Positions 33,220-37,550 of a stretch of 37,550 nt of DNA are shown here, piece after piece; the stretch's first letter is position 1; each line of letters begins with the position of its first letter. Below the pieces are notes generated by a model, which was given only the letters and a program-made list of their open reading frames with translations, searched no databases and had not been told where the DNA came from. The stretch is taken from positions 1 through 37,550 of IMG/VR virus record IMGVR_UViG_3300045988_085446. The stretch is one strand, 5' to 3'. The DNA comes from a virus. The position numbers and the translations under genes were made by a program.

Positions 33220-33432
33220 TCATCCCATAGCCTTTATGAGATCATTTAACTGCTCTATTGTGATGCCCTGTCTCGCCGCAAGCTTCCCGGGAGAAATGTT
33301 ATAAGTCCAGATGCTTGACATCTTGATCGCATCACCTATATCCAATAAGTTTCTCTGCATTCCGATTCTCACAAACTGAGGGGAGCATCCCATCACTTCA
33401 GCCGCCTGATTCGGTGTTATCTTCTTTACCAT
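33220..33432 (-). CDS. Small HTH DNA-binding protein (excisionase/early-regulator-like)
   Basis: 70 aa. ITPNQAAEVMGCSPQFVRIGMQ is HTH-like. It is the second gene of the early leftward operon. Confidence 0.5.
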   Translation of the reverse strand: MVKKITPNQAAEVMGCSPQFVRIGMQRNLLDIGDAIKMSSIWTYNISPGKLAARQGITIEQLNDLIKAMG

Positions 33433-33460
33433 GTCGATTTCTCCTTTCTTCTCGTTTTTG

Positions 33461-33469
33461 TGTTACAAT
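33461..33469 (+). promoter_or_regulatory. Extended -10 element (TGtTACAAT) for the plus-strand membrane-protein gene
   Basis: tgttacaat is read directly about 25 nt upstream of the ATG at 33493. The -35 is weak. Confidence 0.4.
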
Positions 33470-33492
33470 GGTAAAAAATTATGGAGGCAACT

Positions 33493-33810
33493 ATGTCAAG
33501 CACACTATTTACAATAATTACTGGTATCATCTCTGCTGCTATTTATGACTATTTGAAAAAGCACCTTGCACTAAAGCAAGAAAATGAATCCACTATGAAA
33601 TATTCCAAGGAATATGTTCACAAAGTAAAAATTGAATTTTATGTGAGTTTCTTTATTGGAATTGCCCTAACCTTCTTTCACCCAACAGGCAAATTTTTAC
33701 CATTTGTAATCTCCACACTTTCATACATGTCTTTCTTCATCTCTCTTATGGGTTTTATGTGCCTTGTAGATGTGGTAAATCACTTTCTCAATGGAGACTC
33801 CAATAAGTAG
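33493..33810 (+). CDS. Three-TM membrane protein, antisense to the early lytic operon (superinfection-exclusion-type candidate)
   Basis: Hydrophobic segments LFTIITGIISAAIYDYL, FYVSFFIGIALTFF and FLPFVISTLSYMSFFISLMGFMCLV. Start set at the second ATG, 5 nt after GGAGG; the track ORF starts at 33481. Confidence 0.6.
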   Translation: MSSTLFTIITGIISAAIYDYLKKHLALKQENESTMKYSKEYVHKVKIEFYVSFFIGIALTFFHPTGKFLPFVISTLSYMSFFISLMGFMCLVDVVNHFLNGDSNK

Positions 33811-33848
33811 ACAGATGATTGTCTTTATCAACTATGACTCTCCTTTCT

Positions 33849-33864
33849 ATCACTTTAAGTGGAT
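33849..33864. promoter_or_regulatory. Operator-like site O1 (atcactttaagtggat), an exact 16-bp copy of the site in the lytic promoter
   Basis: Identical 16-mer at 34098..34113. It contains the inverted half-sites CACTT/AAGTG and overlaps the stop codon of the Cro-like gene. Confidence 0.55.
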
Positions 33865-34064
33865 TTCTTAGGCAAAAAAATATAGTCTAATGGCATCTTA
33901 TATAATCTAGATAGTGTATCCAGTATAGCAAAAGATGGCGTAACTATACCTTTTTCCCAGTTAATCACAGTTTTTTTACTCACTTTAAGCTTTTTCGCAA
34001 CATCTTCCTGTGTCATTCCAGCATTTACCCTTGCTGCAGCTAATGTAATCTTAACACTACGCAA
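33855..34064 (-). CDS. Cro-like XRE-family HTH regulator
   Basis: RVNAGMTQEDVAKKLKVSKKTVINWEKG is an XRE HTH. It is divergent from the CI-like gene. TTG start. Confidence 0.75.
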   Translation of the reverse strand: MRSVKITLAAARVNAGMTQEDVAKKLKVSKKTVINWEKGIVTPSFAILDTLSRLYKMPLDYIFLPKKST

Positions 34065-34089
34065 CTGTTATCATCTCCTTTCACATATC

Positions 34090-34118
34090 AGAATACCATC
34101 ACTTTAAGTGGATGTCAA
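34090..34118 (-). promoter_or_regulatory. Early lytic promoter: -35 TTGACA (34113..34118), 17-nt spacer, -10 TATTCT (34090..34095)
   Basis: Read on the minus strand. Operator O2 (34100..34110) lies in the spacer and O3 (34119..34129) abuts the -35. Confidence 0.65.
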
Positions 34119-34129
34119 CACTAAAAGTG
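34100..34129. promoter_or_regulatory. Operator-like sites O2 (cactttaagtg) and O3 (cactaaaagtg)
   Basis: CACTnnnAAGTG-type inverted half-sites read directly inside the divergent promoter region. Confidence 0.55.
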
Positions 34130-34147
34130 AATTTTTTTCATTTTCAG

Positions 34148-34176
34148 TTGATTCAAATTCCCTTTAGGTGTATAAT
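34148..34176 (+). promoter_or_regulatory. Repressor (lysogeny operon) promoter: -35 TTGATT (34148..34153), 17-nt spacer, -10 TATAAT (34171..34176)
   Basis: Read directly, about 24 nt upstream of the ATG at 34200, which has an AGGAGG RBS. Confidence 0.65.
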
Positions 34177-34199
34177 AAGCATTGCAAGGAGGTGTTGAT

Positions 34200-34592
34200 A
34201 TGCCATACGAGGAATTTAATAAATTATTTGCTAAAAATCTACGATATTACTTAAATAAAAATAATATGACACAGGCTGAACTTGCAAAACGCTTAAATGT
34301 TGGAACTACATCTGTATACAACTGGTGCAACGGTATTAAATCACCAAGAATGGATAAAGTAGATGCCATGTGTGATATATTCAACTGTAAGAGATCTAAC
34401 CTAATTGAAGATAAAGAACATGTTGAAGAAAATGAATATTATCTTGATCCGGAAACAGCTAAAAAGGCACAGGAGATCTTTGAGAACAAGCAGCTCTCTC
34501 TTCTCTTCGATGCCGCAAGGGACGCAGAGCCAGAGGACTTGGAGACAGTTCACACAATGCTCATGGCTCTCAAGAATAAAGAGAAACGATAA
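34200..34592 (+). CDS. CI-like XRE-family repressor
   Basis: NMTQAELAKRLNVGTTSVYNWCNG is an XRE HTH, followed by a C-terminal non-HTH extension. ATG after AGGAGG; the track ORF begins at 34182. Confidence 0.8.
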   Translation: MPYEEFNKLFAKNLRYYLNKNNMTQAELAKRLNVGTTSVYNWCNGIKSPRMDKVDAMCDIFNCKRSNLIEDKEHVEENEYYLDPETAKKAQEIFENKQLSLLFDAARDAEPEDLETVHTMLMALKNKEKR

Positions 34593-34662
34593 TAATGTAC
34601 AAAAAACATCCCACGGTATTTGTTATTGTATCTACGACTATGTTACAAGGGGGATGAGTTAA

Positions 34663-34893
34663 TTGTATGATATAAATGTACAGATGATGGATCTGAAGAC
34701 TACAAAAGTTAAAGAAACTGTTACCTGCAATGAAGATGGTTCATATACTATCTTTCTTAATACACGATTCACACAGGAGCAGCTTAACGATGCTTATATC
34801 CATGCACTCAACCATATCATCAGAGCAGACTTCGATAAACACACTAGCTCTGTAGATACCATTGAGGCTTATGCACATGGGTTACAAAAATAA
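34663..34893 (+). CDS. Mini ImmA/IrrE-like protein with degenerate metalloprotease motif (HALNH)
   Basis: YTIFLNTRFTQEQLNDAYIHALNHII parallels the ImmA pattern (iyiN..l....q.ftlaHELGHi), but the protein is only 76 aa and has Ala at the catalytic Glu position. TTG start after GGGGGA. Confidence 0.5.
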   Translation: MYDINVQMMDLKTTKVKETVTCNEDGSYTIFLNTRFTQEQLNDAYIHALNHIIRADFDKHTSSVDTIEAYAHGLQK

Positions 34894-34917
34894 TTAACAA
34901 ATGAAGGGAGAGATTCA

Positions 34918-36486
34918 ATGAATCAAAAACAAGAAAACAAATGGTATTTAAGTACATGGTTTATTGCTATTCTATGCGCATGCTGGTTTCTTATACTTCC
35001 AGCAATCGGCGGCATAGTATTGATGATAATGAAGACCTTGGATGAAAAGAAACAAAAAGAAACCAATCAACAAATTAGTCAACAGAATGCCCAACTTGCG
35101 GCCCAGAATGCTCAGATGAATCAAGCAATGCAAGACATGAATAAGACTATGCAGGATTTAGGGGTGCATGACCATCAGCAGTCGATGGCTAAGCTTAACC
35201 AGGTGAATGCCGAAATATCCGAAAACCTTGCCACTATAGATAAATTGCGTTCAGACATTGCTACACTTCAGGCAAAAGATGATAAACTGCAAAAATCAGT
35301 AGCGACCCAGGAGCGAAAGATCTCTCGTGCTAAGGAGATCTACAGCAGTATTGAATATGCATTAAATAACTTCATTACTGCTGACATTCCATATAACGAA
35401 TGCCGAATTAGCCAATCAGATATTGAGGATGCTAATCTCATTGCCCCATCTGTTATCCTTAAATTACATTGTATGGATATAAAAAGCTTGCGAAAAGCAT
35501 ACAGAGAAAATGAGAAATCCATTGACACTCTCAGACAGCAATATGCTATCAGATACACTACTAAAGCCAACAAAACTATTTACGACCTCATTGTCAAGGG
35601 GCTGGAATCTGAGATGCAGAACGTCTTGTACAATTTAAAATATGACAAGCTTGATAACGGTATTGAACAAATAAAAGATATCTGTGCTAAGTATCTAAAG
35701 ATTGCAGCTGAAGGTAATCAAACAATTGCTGGAACTCTTACTAAGTTCATAGGTGAAATGGAATATCTTTTCATTAATGCTGCAAAGATAGAGTATAACT
35801 ACTACGTCAAGAAAGAACAGGCAAAGCAAGAACAGCTTGCAATCAAAGAGCAGATGCGCCAGGAGGCAGAGGAGCGCAAGGCCCTTGAGGCCGAACGTAA
35901 AAAAGTGGAGCTTGAAGAGTCAAAATATGAGAATCAGATATCTTCCCTCAAAGAACAGGCGGAAGCTTCAGAGGGTGAAGCCCTTGCTGCTCTGCAAGCT
36001 CGTATCCTTGAACTGCAGGCTCAGCTTGCAGATGTAACAATCAAAAAGGATGAAATAGCAAAGTTGCAAAATGGTAAAGCTGGTAATGTTTATATTATCA
36101 GCAACTTGGGTTCATTTGGTGAGAATGTATTCAAAGTGGGAATGACAAGAAGAATAAATCCACAGGATAGAGTTAATGAACTTGGAGATGCTTCTGTTCC
36201 GTTCAAATTTGATGTACACAGCTTTATTTTCTCTGATGACGCTTCCGGTCTTGAAACCGAACTTCACAAGAGACTTAATGATCGCAGAGTAAACAAGGTA
36301 AATCTTAGAAAAGAGTTCTTTAATGTATCAATAGATGAACTTGAAGAACTTGTAAATGAGATCTGCCCTACTGCAGAGTTCAACAGAACAATGCTTGCTG
36401 AAGAATACAGACAGTCACTGTCAAGTTCTGAAGCATATACCTCTGAATATTCAACAGAGAATGAGACAGATGATGAGGATGAATAA
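34918..36486 (+). CDS. Membrane-anchored DUF4041 + T5orf172 (GIY-YIG-like) nuclease-domain protein (SNIPE-type)
   Basis: TM segment aa 9..38 and long coiled-coil-like regions. C-terminal block GNVYIISNLGSFGENVFKVGMTRRINPQDRVNELGDASVPFKFDVHSFIFSDDASGLETELHKRLNDRRVNKVNLRKEFF (nt 36082..36357). RBS GAAGGGAG. Confidence 0.8.
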   Translation: MNQKQENKWYLSTWFIAILCACWFLILPAIGGIVLMIMKTLDEKKQKETNQQISQQNAQLAAQNAQMNQAMQDMNKTMQDLGVHDHQQSMAKLNQVNAEISENLATIDKLRSDIATLQAKDDKLQKSVATQERKISRAKEIYSSIEYALNNFITADIPYNECRISQSDIEDANLIAPSVILKLHCMDIKSLRKAYRENEKSIDTLRQQYAIRYTTKANKTIYDLIVKGLESEMQNVLYNLKYDKLDNGIEQIKDICAKYLKIAAEGNQTIAGTLTKFIGEMEYLFINAAKIEYNYYVKKEQAKQEQLAIKEQMRQEAEERKALEAERKKVELEESKYENQISSLKEQAEASEGEALAALQARILELQAQLADVTIKKDEIAKLQNGKAGNVYIISNLGSFGENVFKVGMTRRINPQDRVNELGDASVPFKFDVHSFIFSDDASGLETELHKRLNDRRVNKVNLRKEFFNVSIDELEELVNEICPTAEFNRTMLAEEYRQSLSSSEAYTSEYSTENETDDEDE

Positions 36487-36596
36487 TATCATCTTCATAT
36501 TATAAAAAATCCCCCAGATGCTACCAACACCTGAGGGAAGTTACCCATAAACCGAAGGCTTATGAATAACGCTCTGAACAAGCTACATTATATCAC

Positions 36597-36628
36597 AAGC
36601 CTTCTCATTTTGATAGGCTTATTTTTTA
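36597..36628 (+). terminator. Weak intrinsic terminator between the nuclease gene and int
   Basis: Stem aagcct (36597..36602) / aggctt (36615..36620), followed by attttttat. Confidence 0.45.
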
Positions 36629-36638
36629 TGCCTATTTT
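36610..36638 (+). promoter_or_regulatory. Possible int promoter: TTGATA, 17 nt, TATTTT
   Basis: Read directly. It overlaps the weak terminator, about 25 nt upstream of the int ATG. Confidence 0.3.
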
Positions 36639-36661
36639 TAAGATAAGAAAGGATGATTGAT

Positions 36662-37550
36662 ATGAGAAATGCAAACGGATTCGGATCTGTGTATAAGCTG
36701 TCTGGCAAGCGCAGGAAACCATGGATTGCTCGTAAAACGAAAGGATGGGCTATTGACGAAGAATCAGGAAAGGCTAAGCAGTTATATGCTACCATCGGCT
36801 ATTACAGTACCCGGGCAGAAGCTCTTACTGCTCTGACCAATTATAATCAGAATCCCTATGATATTGATACCGTAAATATTACATTCTCTGAACTCTATGA
36901 TAAATGGTCAGATATACATTTTCAGGAAATAGTACCATCTGCCGCAAGAACATGGGTATCTGCTTACAATCACTCAAAGCCACTCTGGGACATGCGAATG
37001 AGAGATATTCGTCCTAATCACATGGAGGGAACGATCCGGAATGCAGATGTTGGTCAGAGTACGAAGCAAAGAATGAAATCTCTCTACAACATGCTCTATA
37101 AATATGCTATGAAGCTGGAGATTGTTGATAAGAACTATGCCCAGATGTGTGATTCCATCAAGCGTGGAAAGTCTCAGATCATTCGTGTTCCATTTACACC
37201 GGAGGAAATAGATCTACTCTGGAAGAACATAAACTATAGTGTTGTTGATATGATTCTAATTGGTATATACAGCGGATGGCGACCACAAGAACTGTCTATC
37301 TTGAAAATAACTGATATTGATCTGGAAAATAATACCATGTTCGGCGGTCTTAAGACTGATGTAGGGCGCAACAGGTGCGTTCCTATTCATCCAAAAATAA
37401 GAGATTTGATCATAAAACGAGTAGATCAGGCTAAAGAATTGGAATCCGATTATTTATTCAATGATCCGGATAGTCAGTCTGGTATGCGCATGACATACGA
37501 CAAATACAGAAGCCGTTGGAATAAGGTCATGGGAAAATTAAAACTCTCCC
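36662..37550 (+). CDS. int: Tyrosine recombinase (phage integrase), N-terminal and central part; open to the window end and continues at 33..202
   Basis: My own translation: MRNANGFGSVYKLSGKRRKPWIARKT... (AP2-like arm-binding N-terminal domain). GWRPQEL is the first catalytic Arg box. No stop before 37550; in frame with 11..202 through the 32-bp overlap. Confidence 0.9.
   Translation, partial: MRNANGFGSVYKLSGKRRKPWIARKTKGWAIDEESGKAKQLYATIGYYSTRAEALTALTNYNQNPYDIDTVNITFSELYDKWSDIHFQEIVPSAARTWVSAYNHSKPLWDMRMRDIRPNHMEGTIRNADVGQSTKQRMKSLYNMLYKYAMKLEIVDKNYAQMCDSIKRGKSQIIRVPFTPEEIDLLWKNINYSVVDMILIGIYSGWRPQELSILKITDIDLENNTMFGGLKTDVGRNRCVPIHPKIRDLIIKRVDQAKELESDYLFNDPDSQSGMRMTYDKYRSRWNKVMGKLKLS
37519..37550 (+). 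repeat. 32-bp terminal overlap identical to 1..32 (circularisation signature)
   Basis: gaataaggtcatgggaaaattaaaactctccc occurs at both ends. Confidence 0.95.

Larger units (their letters stand above)
1..37550. mobile_element. Complete, circularly closed temperate phage genome (siphovirus-type gene order); unit length 37,518 bp
   Basis: Integrase, CI/Cro switch, replication/recombination, terminase, portal, capsid, tail and lysis modules are all present. The 32-bp exact identity of 1..32 and 37519..37550 closes the circle. Confidence 0.9.

Overview
This window is one complete, circularly closed genome of a temperate siphovirus-type phage. The gene content looks like phages of low-GC Gram-positive hosts. 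Bases 37519..37550 repeat bases 1..32 exactly, and a tyrosine-integrase ORF reads in frame across that junction, so the unit length is 37,518 bp.

Layout:
- int (+) and an attP-like region with six arm-type repeats.
- A roughly 20-kb minus-strand late operon: TerS, TerL, SPP1-type portal, a two-gene fibre-like insert, MuF, scaffold, capsid, connectors, major tail, G/T chaperones, tape measure, Dit, fibres, holin and a CHAP-LysM endolysin.
- A sigma-region-4-like late regulator, followed by an unusual repeat, promoter and terminator leader.
- Minus-strand early/middle genes: a SNF2-helicase::N6/N4-methyltransferase fusion, a C5-cytosine methyltransferase, a G39P-like loader, a DUF4373/DnaD-like organiser, DUF1064, RecT, DUF1351, a YqaJ exonuclease and many small Cys-rich ORFs.
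- A divergent Cro/CI switch and a plus-strand lysogeny operon.

Main accessory findings:
1. A membrane-anchored DUF4041 + T5orf172 (GIY-YIG-like) nuclease sits in the lysogeny operon. It is a SNIPE-type anti-phage candidate.
2. A DUF2829/Tad2-like two-domain protein with its own terminator lies inside the head module. It is an anti-Thoeris sponge candidate.
3. The MuF head protein has an extra C-terminal HExxH module and a translationally coupled Cys-rich mini-ORF.
4. An 89-aa gene has its own promoter and terminator. The terminator can be disrupted by a 16-nt long-range complement that is present only in read-through transcripts.
5. A mini ImmA-like gene has HALNH in place of HExxH.

No tRNA, rRNA, CRISPR array or reverse transcriptase was seen. 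All family assignments come from remembered motif patterns, not searches.
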